From IMG/VR virus record IMGVR_UViG_3300020045_002743, positions 1 through 64,000 of that record: a DNA stretch of 64,000 nucleotides; one strand, given 5' to 3'. The notes under the pieces were generated by a model that saw nothing but the letters and a program-made list of their open reading frames with translations, did no database searches and was not told the origin of the DNA. The DNA comes from a virus. The translations under genes were made by a program, and so were the position numbers. Shown here one piece after another: positions 41,836 through 50,991 of this stretch; the first letter of the stretch is position 1, and each line of letters starts with the position of its first letter.

Positions 41836-43191
41836 ATGGCTCATGAACTCGTTAGACTTAGGTCTAAATTGTTCGACACTCCTTTGCTAGTGGACTCTAA
41901 AAGTTTTGAATCTATTCTTAACTATGTAGATAAACGTTGTGAAGGTAATGTTGAAGTAACTCCAAAAGCTGACAATGAATTTTCAATGTACAGCACACTG
42001 CATTACCAAGAAAGTAATTTAGGTGTTATCCACATCTCAGGGCCACTGACCAACAAGTCTACTGGGTGGGAAGCGTTCTGTGGTGGCACTTCTTACGAGA
42101 GTATCAAAGAAGACTTCGAAGCTCTACTAGAGGCAGGCACTAAGACTGTAGCCTTTATGGTTGAGTCTGGCGGCGGTGAAGCGTATGGAATGATGGATAC
42201 TGGCAATTATCTGCGTAAATTAGCAGATGAAAACGGTGTAAAGATCATCTCCTATGTAGATGGACTATCAGCATCTGCTGCTTACGGCCTCACTGCCATC
42301 TCCGATGAAATCATCACTAACAAGAACTCTGAAATTGGTTCTATTGGTGTTTTGATTCGTTTGATGAATGATTCTAAAGCTCTTGAAATGGAAGGTTACG
42401 AACGTAGCTTTATTTCAGCGGGTACTCAGAAGATTCCATTTGCAGAAGATGGATCTTTCCGTAAAGAATTCTTGGATGATCTTCAATACAAAGTAGATGC
42501 TCTCTACAAAGATTTTACTGAATATGTTGCCGAACATCGGAACTTGTCAGTAGAAGCAGTTAGGAATACTCAGGCAAACACCTTCCTTGCAGAAGATGCA
42601 ATTGCTTTGGGCCTAGCTGATAAGGTAATGACGCAAGAAGATTTTTATTCTTACCTATCGGGCCAAGCCCAAAATAACAAAGAAGGAAGTTCGATGAGTA
42701 ATCGTATCTTTAAGTTTAGTAAAACCAATAATGAGGAAACTCTAGAAATGTCTCAACTTGCTCAATTGCAAGAACAGCTCACTGCTGCTAATGCACAACT
42801 CTCAGAGTTCACTTCTGTAAAAGAAGCTTTGGCCTCTGTTCAAAGCGTACTTGGTGAAAAAGAAGCAGCTCTTGCTGAAGCTTTGGGTAAAGTTGCCCAA
42901 CTTGAACAAGTTGCTGTAACTACTAAGCTTAACGCTCGTAAAGAAAAATTGGCTGCTGTAATGGCATCCGATAAAGTGGACAGCGTATCTGCTGCCTTGG
43001 CTTCTCTTGATGATGAAGCTTTCTCCGTTGTTCTGGCAGGTTACGGCCTACAGAAGCAACAACTTGAAGCTAGCGACCTGATGAATGAAATCGGTGACCA
43101 AGGCTCCGAAGTTGAAACCCCAACCCAAGCCTCTGGTGATGACCTCACTCTGAAAATGGCCCAAGCTAAATATAAAAAGGAAGGTAAATAA
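41836..43191 (+). CDS. Prohead protease (S49) fused to scaffold
   Basis: VESGGGEA, SASAAY, IGSIGV; coiled-coil C-terminus. Confidence 0.88.
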   Translation: MAHELVRLRSKLFDTPLLVDSKSFESILNYVDKRCEGNVEVTPKADNEFSMYSTLHYQESNLGVIHISGPLTNKSTGWEAFCGGTSYESIKEDFEALLEAGTKTVAFMVESGGGEAYGMMDTGNYLRKLADENGVKIISYVDGLSASAAYGLTAISDEIITNKNSEIGSIGVLIRLMNDSKALEMEGYERSFISAGTQKIPFAEDGSFRKEFLDDLQYKVDALYKDFTEYVAEHRNLSVEAVRNTQANTFLAEDAIALGLADKVMTQEDFYSYLSGQAQNNKEGSSMSNRIFKFSKTNNEETLEMSQLAQLQEQLTAANAQLSEFTSVKEALASVQSVLGEKEAALAEALGKVAQLEQVAVTTKLNARKEKLAAVMASDKVDSVSAALASLDDEAFSVVLAGYGLQKQQLEASDLMNEIGDQGSEVETPTQASGDDLTLKMAQAKYKKEGK

Positions 43192-43634
43192 TGCCTGTAG
43201 TAGCGCGTCCTCTTGAACCACTCTTCTCTGATCTTGTCTTTCACGAACTGGACCCTTCTGTAGGTTACGCTCGTGAGTGCATCAACGTCACTCCTCCAGC
43301 TGCCTCTGCTCCAGTTCTGCTTGGTACTGTTGTATTCCGTGCTGCTGGTGTTGACCCAGCTGCTGCATACGCTGTTCTGGTTAACGCCTCGGATATCGTT
43401 GCAACCAATGAATTCGCTGTTGTGTTTGGCGATGCTTTTGGTTTTAATGCAAGTTATGTACCTAATACTGTAACTGCCGGCGTATTTAACTCCGTAGCCT
43501 TCAAACGTGGTCCAGTACAACTGAAAGACTACTATATCAAACTCCGCCATGCAAACCTTAACGCCACCCAGTTCGCCAGCCTGAAAGAAGTGCTGAAGAA
43601 ACAAGGCGTAATTGTTGAACTGACCGTAGCTTAA
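43191..43634 (+). CDS. Head decoration protein
   Basis: Position before the capsid gene; highly biased codons. Confidence 0.75.
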   Translation: MPVVARPLEPLFSDLVFHELDPSVGYARECINVTPPAASAPVLLGTVVFRAAGVDPAAAYAVLVNASDIVATNEFAVVFGDAFGFNASYVPNTVTAGVFNSVAFKRGPVQLKDYYIKLRHANLNATQFASLKEVLKKQGVIVELTVA

Positions 43635-43648
43635 GGAATAATAATTAA

Positions 43649-44725
43649 ATGGCAATTGTATTTGATCGCAGTAATCTTAACCGCGTAGTAGATCGTACCG
43701 ATGTACTTGAAGTCATCCCCAACCAATGGGGTTTGATCAATGACATGGGTATCTTCACTGATCGCTATTCTACTCAGAAGCGTATTGAAATCGTTCGTGA
43801 GTTCGACCAACAGTCTATCGCTGTTGACCGTAACTGGGATGAGCGTAACAGCACTGTTGGTCCTCTGACTCGTGACAGCCTGTTGCTGAAAATCCCTCAC
43901 TTCCCGATGGATGATGCTATTACCCCTAACGACATTGACGGCATCATTGCTGTTGACAACGTTAGCGATGCTATCAACCTTGAGACTGTTGCTGGTATTC
44001 GTATGCGCAAGATGGAGCGTCTGCGTAAGACTCACGCCCTGACTCTAGAAGCTGCTCGTGCTCAACTGATCACCACTGGTACTGTGTATGCACCCACTGG
44101 CACCCTGCGTGCTGGTGCTGTAGCTACTACCAACTACTATACTGAGTTTGGTGTTACTCGTACTGAGCTGCCAATCACCTTGGTTGGTGCTACTGACCCA
44201 CGCACACAATTTGAGAACGTTCTTGCTGGTATTCAAGACGGTTATCAGTCTGGTCAAATCATGACTGGTTACATGGTTCTTTGTTCCCCTAGCTTCTTCT
44301 CAGCTCTGTGGACCAACCCGTTTGTAACTGATGCTGTTAAATACTTCCAACAGTCTCAGTCATTGTCCATTCTGACTGGTCGCCCTCAAGCAGCTGGCCT
44401 GGATGCTCGTTATCGTTCCCTGACTCTTTGGGGCATGACTTTCGTTGAGTACCGTGGTGGTTATCGCATCGGTGGTCAGGCAGGCACCTTTGTACCTTAC
44501 ATCCCGGCTGGCGATGCTTATGCATTCCCAATGGGTACTGACGATCTGTTCGAAACCTACTACGCTCCGGCTAACCGTTTTGGTTCGGTAAACCGTACTG
44601 CCCAAGGCAGCTACTGGTTCGAATACCTGAATGAGAAAGATGACATCATCGAAATCATGACTGAACAGAACTTCTTGAACGCCCTGCTGCACCCACAAGC
44701 TGTTGTACGTCTGTACCTCGCTTAA
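43649..44725 (+). CDS. Major capsid protein (lambda gpE-like, HK97 fold)
   Basis: IPHFPMDDAI, T.E..R, AYAFPMGT, YYAPAN motifs; strong codon bias. Confidence 0.92.
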   Translation: MAIVFDRSNLNRVVDRTDVLEVIPNQWGLINDMGIFTDRYSTQKRIEIVREFDQQSIAVDRNWDERNSTVGPLTRDSLLLKIPHFPMDDAITPNDIDGIIAVDNVSDAINLETVAGIRMRKMERLRKTHALTLEAARAQLITTGTVYAPTGTLRAGAVATTNYYTEFGVTRTELPITLVGATDPRTQFENVLAGIQDGYQSGQIMTGYMVLCSPSFFSALWTNPFVTDAVKYFQQSQSLSILTGRPQAAGLDARYRSLTLWGMTFVEYRGGYRIGGQAGTFVPYIPAGDAYAFPMGTDDLFETYYAPANRFGSVNRTAQGSYWFEYLNEKDDIIEIMTEQNFLNALLHPQAVVRLYLA

Positions 44726-44734
44726 GTAGCTTAT

Positions 44735-44764
44735 AAGGGACTTGAAATATAGTCCCTTTATTTT
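44735..44764 (+). terminator. Intrinsic terminator
   Basis: AAGGGACT-TGAAATAT-AGTCCCTT then TATTTT. Confidence 0.8.
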
Positions 44765-44778
44765 CGGAGAATAATAGT

Positions 44779-45009
44779 ATGGCTGTAACAACTAATAACG
44801 GTTGGATGTTTGCTGTTAATGAAATGGATGCAAAAGTAGCTACAGGCGGTCTGGTCCCAGCAGCAACTACTGCATTAGCTGGTAAAGTAAAACAAATCAC
44901 CTTTACTGCTCAACAAGGTACAACCTTTGCTGATTTGGCTGCTGTAACTGCTGCCTACAACGCATTGCTCACTAAATTGATTGCTGCTGGTATTATGCCT
45001 GCTGCGTAA
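44779..45009 (+). CDS. Small head fibre-like protein
   Basis: AATT..AG.VKQ...YNALL.KL.AAGIM. Confidence 0.65.
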   Translation: MAVTTNNGWMFAVNEMDAKVATGGLVPAATTALAGKVKQITFTAQQGTTFADLAAVTAAYNALLTKLIAAGIMPAA

Positions 45010-45033
45010 GTATGAGGGTGGTTAATTCTGCCC

Positions 45034-45062
45034 TTGTAATATAAGATATTTTGTGATAAGCT
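45034..45062 (+). promoter_or_regulatory. Promoter of the HNH gene
   Basis: TTGTAA-17 bp-TAAGCT. Confidence 0.55.
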
Positions 45063-45092
45063 ATTCAGTCAAATTTAACTAGGAGATTGAGA

Positions 45093-45566
45093 ATGCATCA
45101 CAACGCAAAACATGGTAAATACAAAACAAAGACTTACGCTTCTTATCGAGCAATGATTCAAAGGGTTACGGATGAAAATCATAAAACTTTTGAACACAGT
45201 GGAGGTAGGGGTATTAAGATTTGTGATCGTTGGCTTGATCCTGTTAAGGGAGTTTTAAACTTCTTTGAGGATATGGGTGAACGCCCTGAAGGAACCACAT
45301 TAGACCGTAAAGATGTTAATGGGGACTATTCCTTAGAAAATTGCAGGTGGACAACTTACTCTGAACAGAACTTCAACCAGACTCTTAAGTCCCATAATAC
45401 ATCAGGTAAAACTGGAGTTAGTTGGAACAAAGAAAAAGAGAAGTGGGAAGTTTATATTTCAAAGAATAAGAAAGTAATCAAACTTGGTTATTTTAAATCT
45501 TTGGAAGAAGCTATCAAGGTAAGACAGGAAGCCGAACTAGAATACTATGGTTACACAAAGGAATAG
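45093..45566 (+). CDS. HNH-AP2 homing endonuclease
   Basis: GGRGIKIC.RW, DMGERP.G.TLDR.D.NG.Y...NCRW, NTSG.TGV.W. Confidence 0.88.
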   Translation: MHHNAKHGKYKTKTYASYRAMIQRVTDENHKTFEHSGGRGIKICDRWLDPVKGVLNFFEDMGERPEGTTLDRKDVNGDYSLENCRWTTYSEQNFNQTLKSHNTSGKTGVSWNKEKEKWEVYISKNKKVIKLGYFKSLEEAIKVRQEAELEYYGYTKE

Positions 45567-45568
45567 TT

Positions 45569-46006
45569 ATGGCATTAACTCCTGTCGAACAGGTTAGACT
45601 CCTTATAGGGGATATTCCAAGTAATCCGTTTTATCCCCTATATACCGATGAAGAAATACAGCAGTTTTTAGATTTAACGAATCAAAATGTCTTTCAAGCA
45701 GCAAGATTGGCTGCTATATCAGCGTCTTTCACAGTTGCTGGTTATAGTACAAGGGAGCGTACAGGGGACATTGAAGTTGAAAATAATTATGCTAAGAACT
45801 ATCTAGCAGCACTTGGTAACTTCATCAACAACCCAACATTCATTATCCCTCCAGGCTTATTTCCTTGGTCTGCTAACAAGTGTCCAAGTAAACTCATGAG
45901 TATTGAAGTTTGTGATAGAGATAATTGCAGAGAAGCAGTTTGTTGTGAAACTGGCTGTGGGTGCAATGATTGTCATGCTGCCGGTGAAACCTTTCTTTAT
46001 CAATAG
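45569..46006 (+). CDS. Head-tail adaptor
   Basis: VRLLIGD....P...DEEI..FL; position. Confidence 0.7.
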   Translation: MALTPVEQVRLLIGDIPSNPFYPLYTDEEIQQFLDLTNQNVFQAARLAAISASFTVAGYSTRERTGDIEVENNYAKNYLAALGNFINNPTFIIPPGLFPWSANKCPSKLMSIEVCDRDNCREAVCCETGCGCNDCHAAGETFLYQ

Positions 46007-46014
46007 GAGTTGAA

Positions 46015-46401
46015 ATGTTAAAACCTCAATTCCTCTTGACCCACAAAATTCCACTAACAATCTTTCGTAAATCTGAAGGCTCTTATGTTAATGGTAGGTG
46101 GGTAGAAGGGTCTACTTCTGAAATAGTTTTGCAGGTAAATATCCAGCCACTTAAGCCTTATGAAATCCTAATGCTTCCAGAAGCTGACAGAACTAGAGCT
46201 TGGGTTAAATTCTATTCTGCTGATTATGCTCGTACTCTCAAGGAAGGGACTGGTGGCTGGTCTGCTGATGAATTCATTTGGAAGAATGACCGTTATAAAA
46301 TCATGAAGGTTGATGATTGGACAAATGGAATGGGAATTTTGGAGCATGTGAAAATTCAAGCTGCAAGAATTGAGCTTACCCCAGATGCACCCTCGACCTA
46401 A
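46015..46401 (+). CDS. Head closure/stopper protein
   Basis: G.YVNGRW..G, IQP, LPE.DR; position. Confidence 0.7.
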   Translation: MLKPQFLLTHKIPLTIFRKSEGSYVNGRWVEGSTSEIVLQVNIQPLKPYEILMLPEADRTRAWVKFYSADYARTLKEGTGGWSADEFIWKNDRYKIMKVDDWTNGMGILEHVKIQAARIELTPDAPST

Positions 46402-46410
46402 GGAGTATCT

Positions 46411-46878
46411 ATGCCATCTACATTAAAAATAGATACTTCAATATGGGACAAGATAAAGAGAAATATCTTGGTTGGTAATGATCTTGAAGTTTCTACCGGA
46501 TTCTTTGAGGGGTCTATCTACGGATCTGAAAATAACAATGCTCAAGTAGCCCAAATCGCTAGGGATAACGAAGAGGGTACAGTAAAGAACCCAACACGTC
46601 CTTTTATGAGGGTTGGGTTTGGTGGCAAGGTAGCCAAGCAGCTGCCTGAGTTGTTCAGAGCAAGCATGAAACGTATCGCTGAGGGTAAGACCACATTCAG
46701 GCAAGAATACACAAAGTTAGGCCCAATTCTTACCTCTGAAATGAAGCAATCTATTATCGAATGGTCCACACCACCTAACAGCCCTTCAACGATTGCAGAG
46801 AAGGGTTTTAATGATCCTTTGATCAAAACAGGGAAGATGTTGGAGTCTGTGGAATCAAAAGTTGAGGCTAAAACATGA
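46411..46878 (+). CDS. Neck/tail completion protein
   Basis: NE.GT...P.RPFMR, PPNSPSTI..KG...PLI.TG. Confidence 0.75.
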   Translation: MPSTLKIDTSIWDKIKRNILVGNDLEVSTGFFEGSIYGSENNNAQVAQIARDNEEGTVKNPTRPFMRVGFGGKVAKQLPELFRASMKRIAEGKTTFRQEYTKLGPILTSEMKQSIIEWSTPPNSPSTIAEKGFNDPLIKTGKMLESVESKVEAKT

Positions 46879-47408
46879 GTATTTATTCTCAGCTAGAAAA
46901 TGGGTTGTACAATGTGGCTTTGGTGGCCCTTTCAGAGTTTACTAATCCACAGGTAATTTTCAGCCACCTTAATGGCACAGAACCTGCTGAAAGCTTTGTG
47001 ATAATCAATATCCTAAGTAACACTCAGCAAGGACATCACACCACTTCAACACTTACAGATACTCAAGAGATATTAGCTACTCAAGCATCTTATGAAGTTT
47101 TTGTACAATTTAGTTTTTGTGGTAGTAAGTCTGGAGAGATGTCTTCAAGCTTCAATCAAAGAATTAATAACAATCACAAAGTGTTTGAAGAGTTGGCTAA
47201 AAACAAGATGGGTGTTATGCGTAAAAGTCCTATGCGTAGAGCCCCACAGAAAAGAGATACTAAGTGGGTTGAATACCATAACTTAGATGTTACCTTTTCC
47301 TATACAGTAGTTACACAAGAGCTTGTAGATGTTATTGAAGTTGTAATTCTTCAAGATGTTATTACAGGCGATGTATTCACTGTTCCCCCAGATATCGTTA
47401 CACCATAA
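46875..47408 (+). CDS. Tail terminator
   Basis: Position immediately before sheath; size. Confidence 0.65.
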   Translation: MSIYSQLENGLYNVALVALSEFTNPQVIFSHLNGTEPAESFVIINILSNTQQGHHTTSTLTDTQEILATQASYEVFVQFSFCGSKSGEMSSSFNQRINNNHKVFEELAKNKMGVMRKSPMRRAPQKRDTKWVEYHNLDVTFSYTVVTQELVDVIEVVILQDVITGDVFTVPPDIVTP

Positions 47409-47446
47409 GGCATTCGTATGCCAAACAACAATTAAAGGATATTCGA

Positions 47447-48739
47447 ATGTCAGAACTCGACCAAATCGTACAGCTCCAGCTGACTCGCGGCTCTACTCCG
47501 GTGGAGACGGCCAGCTTTCAGATCCCCGGCATCTTAGCTACATTTACCAATTTCTCGGAACGTACCCGCACTTATACCGATATTGATGGTGTTGGCGAAG
47601 ACTTCCGTACAACTGATCCAGTTTATATTATCGCAAGTAAACTGTTTGGTCAGTCTACTGTTGGTGCTGTTCCTCCAAGTATTGTAGTAGGTCGTCGTCA
47701 AGTTAACACTGTAAATGGCTCTGTAACCGTACAGAACTCTACTCCTTACACTGTAACTATTAACGGTACTACTTATAGCTTCACCAGCGATGCTTCAGCC
47801 ACTGCAATTGAAATCATTGCAGGCTTGGACACAGCAGTAGGTACAAGCCCGGTAGGTGTAACTTTCACTGACAACTTGGATGGTACTTTCACTGTAGGTC
47901 CAACCGTCGCAGGTACTCCATGGTCTTTCCGTGCATCTAGTAACATTACTCTTGCAAATGCTACACCTACCGAGAGTTATGCAGATGCTGAAGTAGCCAT
48001 GAACGAAGACAACGGTACTTGGTATGCCCTGTTTACCGATACCCATGTTCAAGCTGATGTAGTTGCTTTGAGTAACGTGATTGTAGCACAACGTAAGATC
48101 TTCGGTACTTCTTCACAAGATGCTGCTGTAATCACTACGGGTACTACTGACGTGGCTGCTGTGCTGAGTGCTGCAAGTGCTGGTCGTACTTATGGCGTGT
48201 ATCTCCCTACTGCTGACACTGAATACCCAGAAGCAGCTTGGGCTGGTAGTCAGCTGGCTTATACCCCAGGTTCTAATGATTGGGACTTCAAACGTGCCGT
48301 AGGCGTTACTGTCAGTAAACTTAGTGACACTGCTCGTGTAAATCTTCGTAACAAGAACATGAACATGTACACTCGTGGTGGCGGTGTTAATATCTTCCAA
48401 GACGGTAATATGTTTGATGCTTCTCCGATTGATGAAGTTATTGGTATTGACTGGCTGTATGCTCGTTTGCAAGAAGGTATCTATTTCCGTTTGATCAACT
48501 CCCTAAAAATCCCTATGACCAACCCAGGCCTAGTTATTATCGAGAATGAAATCCGTTCTGTACTCTCACAAGCAGAGGCTAACGGTTTGATTGATCGCGG
48601 ATGGAATGTAACCACACCTGATGTACTCGACATTCCAGAAAACATGCGGGCAGCTCGTACAGCTGGTGTATTCAAGTTTAATGCACGTCTTGCAGGGTCC
48701 ATACGTCGCGTCCAGATCACCGGGTTCTTGTCTGTATAG
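47447..48739 (+). CDS. Tail sheath protein (DUF3383-like)
   Basis: PGS..W.FK...GV, IDEVIG.DWL, KIP.T..G, LAGSI. Confidence 0.9.
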   Translation: MSELDQIVQLQLTRGSTPVETASFQIPGILATFTNFSERTRTYTDIDGVGEDFRTTDPVYIIASKLFGQSTVGAVPPSIVVGRRQVNTVNGSVTVQNSTPYTVTINGTTYSFTSDASATAIEIIAGLDTAVGTSPVGVTFTDNLDGTFTVGPTVAGTPWSFRASSNITLANATPTESYADAEVAMNEDNGTWYALFTDTHVQADVVALSNVIVAQRKIFGTSSQDAAVITTGTTDVAAVLSAASAGRTYGVYLPTADTEYPEAAWAGSQLAYTPGSNDWDFKRAVGVTVSKLSDTARVNLRNKNMNMYTRGGGVNIFQDGNMFDASPIDEVIGIDWLYARLQEGIYFRLINSLKIPMTNPGLVIIENEIRSVLSQAEANGLIDRGWNVTTPDVLDIPENMRAARTAGVFKFNARLAGSIRRVQITGFLSV

Positions 48740-48853
48740 TAATTAAAGGATTCCTACCAGTATGAACTTCTGAGTTGTTTTTAGGAAGAACATTATGGTG
48801 ATCGACCAAACAGAACAATAGGGAGCGATCCCATAATTAAAAGGTATATTTAA

Positions 48854-49375
48854 ATGGCCGATGGCGTATTGGGCTCATACAGCCCCGAAGCAATAGTTGT
48901 AATCATCAGTAAGGGTGACTTTGTTCACCGTATTGGTGGTTACGCTGATGGTACTTTTCTAAATATTTCACGTATCACTCCAGCATCAGAACTCTATGTA
49001 GCCTCTGATCTACAAGCTGGCCGGGTTAAACGTCGGAATAAAGCAAGTACTATTTCTTTGACACTGTTTCAACAAAGTTCAAGCAATGCTATTTTGCAAG
49101 AATTGCAACGTGCTGACGAAGAAGACGATAGAAATTCTTGGGTTTTCTCTATCACCATCAAAGACACATCTGGTACTAGTGTATTCTCATCTAACCAAGC
49201 ATTCATTGCAACGGTTCCAGATGTTGGGTATTCAAATACCACTGAAACTCGTGACTGGATGATCAGTGCCGTAAGTATGGATTCTCACGTTGGTAGCAAC
49301 ATGGAGTTTGATGCTGCTGAAGTTGCAGCAATGGCAGCAGTCGGTGCTCAGGTTCCGGCTCGGTGGCAGCTCTAA
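48854..49375 (+). CDS. Tail tube protein
   Basis: YSP..., I.GYADGTF, ISLTL.Q.S.SN; follows sheath. Confidence 0.8.
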   Translation: MADGVLGSYSPEAIVVIISKGDFVHRIGGYADGTFLNISRITPASELYVASDLQAGRVKRRNKASTISLTLFQQSSSNAILQELQRADEEDDRNSWVFSITIKDTSGTSVFSSNQAFIATVPDVGYSNTTETRDWMISAVSMDSHVGSNMEFDAAEVAAMAAVGAQVPARWQL

Positions 49376-49391
49376 TAGGTAAGGAAGTATA

Positions 49392-49892
49392 ATGGCCCGA
49401 TTAGCTACTTATATGCCAGAGGAAGTAACTATTCTTCTTGCTGGTATTCCAGTCTCAGGATTTATCCAAGGGTCATTTATTTCCGTTGACAAGGATGTCA
49501 AACCTTTTACATCTAAACGTACTGCTGATGGAACAGTTAGTCGGATGTACAATAATGACCAAACCTATACAGTTACTTTGACTCTTTACAGCGGTAGTGA
49601 TTCTAACCAACTTCTAACAAGACTTTGGCAATTAGATGAAATTACCCAAAGAGGTAAGTTTCCCTTGATGATCAAGGACGGTAGTGGATCAGATTTATTC
49701 TTTTCCACAACTACATGGATTGAGGGTATTCCTTCTTTAGTGAAGAGTAATCAATATGAACCTCGTGCTTGGACATTACGTTCAAGCTCAGCAATCATAA
49801 ATATTGGTGGTAATGGTGATGCTGAGTCTATCTTAAATGATATTGTCAGTATTGCTGCTTCTGCTCTTCCAGCATTGAATGGATTGCTTTAA
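49392..49892 (+). CDS. Tail tube paralogue
   Basis: Same pattern as 48854. Confidence 0.7.
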   Translation: MARLATYMPEEVTILLAGIPVSGFIQGSFISVDKDVKPFTSKRTADGTVSRMYNNDQTYTVTLTLYSGSDSNQLLTRLWQLDEITQRGKFPLMIKDGSGSDLFFSTTTWIEGIPSLVKSNQYEPRAWTLRSSSAIINIGGNGDAESILNDIVSIAASALPALNGLL

Positions 49893-50390
49893 ATGACTAA
49901 TTCTTTTAGTGTTGAGACATATTCAGCTTCAGATGTGAAGTTATCTATTGGTGGTTCTATTATCACAGGATGGGATAACTTAAGTATCAATAGACGGGTA
50001 AAAGCTTTTACTCCTGTCTATGGTATTCGTGGTAAGAACACACGAGTTAAGAACGTAGATACTTCGGCAACCATTACTGTCACTCTTATTCAAACAGCAC
50101 AAAGTAATGACGTATTATCAGCAATACATGACTTGGATATTGATGAGGGTACAGCAAGGATTACCTTGACTCTTAAAGATAGTTCCGGCAGAAGTGTATT
50201 TTCAAGTAATGAGGCATTCATTACATCTTACCCTGCAAAATCTTTCTCTGGTGATTTTACTTATAACACTTGGGAAATTATTCTGCAGTCTACACAATCA
50301 TACACTGTTGGCGGAAATGGCAGGCCCAGCACTGGCCTTCTAGATAACATCATCAGTGATGCAACTGACTTTGTTAGTGGTTTATTTTAA
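49893..50390 (+). CDS. Tail tube paralogue
   Basis: Same pattern; ITVTLIQTAQSN.VL, LKDSSG. Confidence 0.7.
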   Translation: MTNSFSVETYSASDVKLSIGGSIITGWDNLSINRRVKAFTPVYGIRGKNTRVKNVDTSATITVTLIQTAQSNDVLSAIHDLDIDEGTARITLTLKDSSGRSVFSSNEAFITSYPAKSFSGDFTYNTWEIILQSTQSYTVGGNGRPSTGLLDNIISDATDFVSGLF

Positions 50391-50417
50391 AGCTAACTAC
50401 AATCTGAGATAAAATAA

Positions 50418-50741
50418 ATGGCAGCTCCACAATTTTTAAATGTTTTACCGCAAGAAACTCTTAATGTTGATGACGAAGAATATGTTGTCACAGCAATGCC
50501 TGCTGAATTTGGTCTTGCTTTTATGCAAAAATACCAGTCAGACATGGATGAAGGTAAACAAGATTATAAAGTTATGAAAGAAGTTATCACTTCGACCGTA
50601 ACTAAAGATAATAAGATCATCGATGCGAAAAGATTTGATATTATATTTGCCCGTAAATATATGCATGTACAAAAGCTTTATAACGAAGTTATCAAATACA
50701 ACTTCGCTGATGTTTTTCAAGCGCCCGGTACAGAAGAGTAA
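50418..50741 (+). CDS. Tail assembly chaperone (G)
   Basis: Position before tape measure. Confidence 0.75.
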   Translation: MAAPQFLNVLPQETLNVDDEEYVVTAMPAEFGLAFMQKYQSDMDEGKQDYKVMKEVITSTVTKDNKIIDAKRFDIIFARKYMHVQKLYNEVIKYNFADVFQAPGTEE

Positions 50742-50980
50742 TAAATAATCCTTCTGTATCCGGGCCTGTAGAAAAAGAGATTGAAAATAAATACTCTCAG
50801 AGATGGGAGATTTATAGAATTGCAACTCATGAAAAAGGTGGGTTGGGTATAGCTGCTGACATGAGTACAAAGTATAGTACTAAGCAGCTATATCAGATGT
50901 TAGAAACATTAGACGTATACGATACACTCAAGAAACTGGCTCATGATAAAGCCCTAGCAGAAGCTAAGACTAAGAAATAA
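50711..50980 (+). CDS. -1 frameshift extension of the tail chaperone (GT)
   Basis: GTTTTTC at 50712-50718, hairpin 50723-50765, -1 frame open to TAA 50980. Confidence 0.75.
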   Translation, partial: CFSSARYRRVINNPSVSGPVEKEIENKYSQRWEIYRIATHEKGGLGIAADMSTKYSTKQLYQMLETLDVYDTLKKLAHDKALAEAKTKK

Positions 50981-50991
50981 GGAGAAGACAT

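Noticed and set aside
48740-48853. Hairpins between sheath and tube genes as an ncRNA
   Set aside because: Short imperfect stems; could be a processing signal or scar, but evidence is insufficient.
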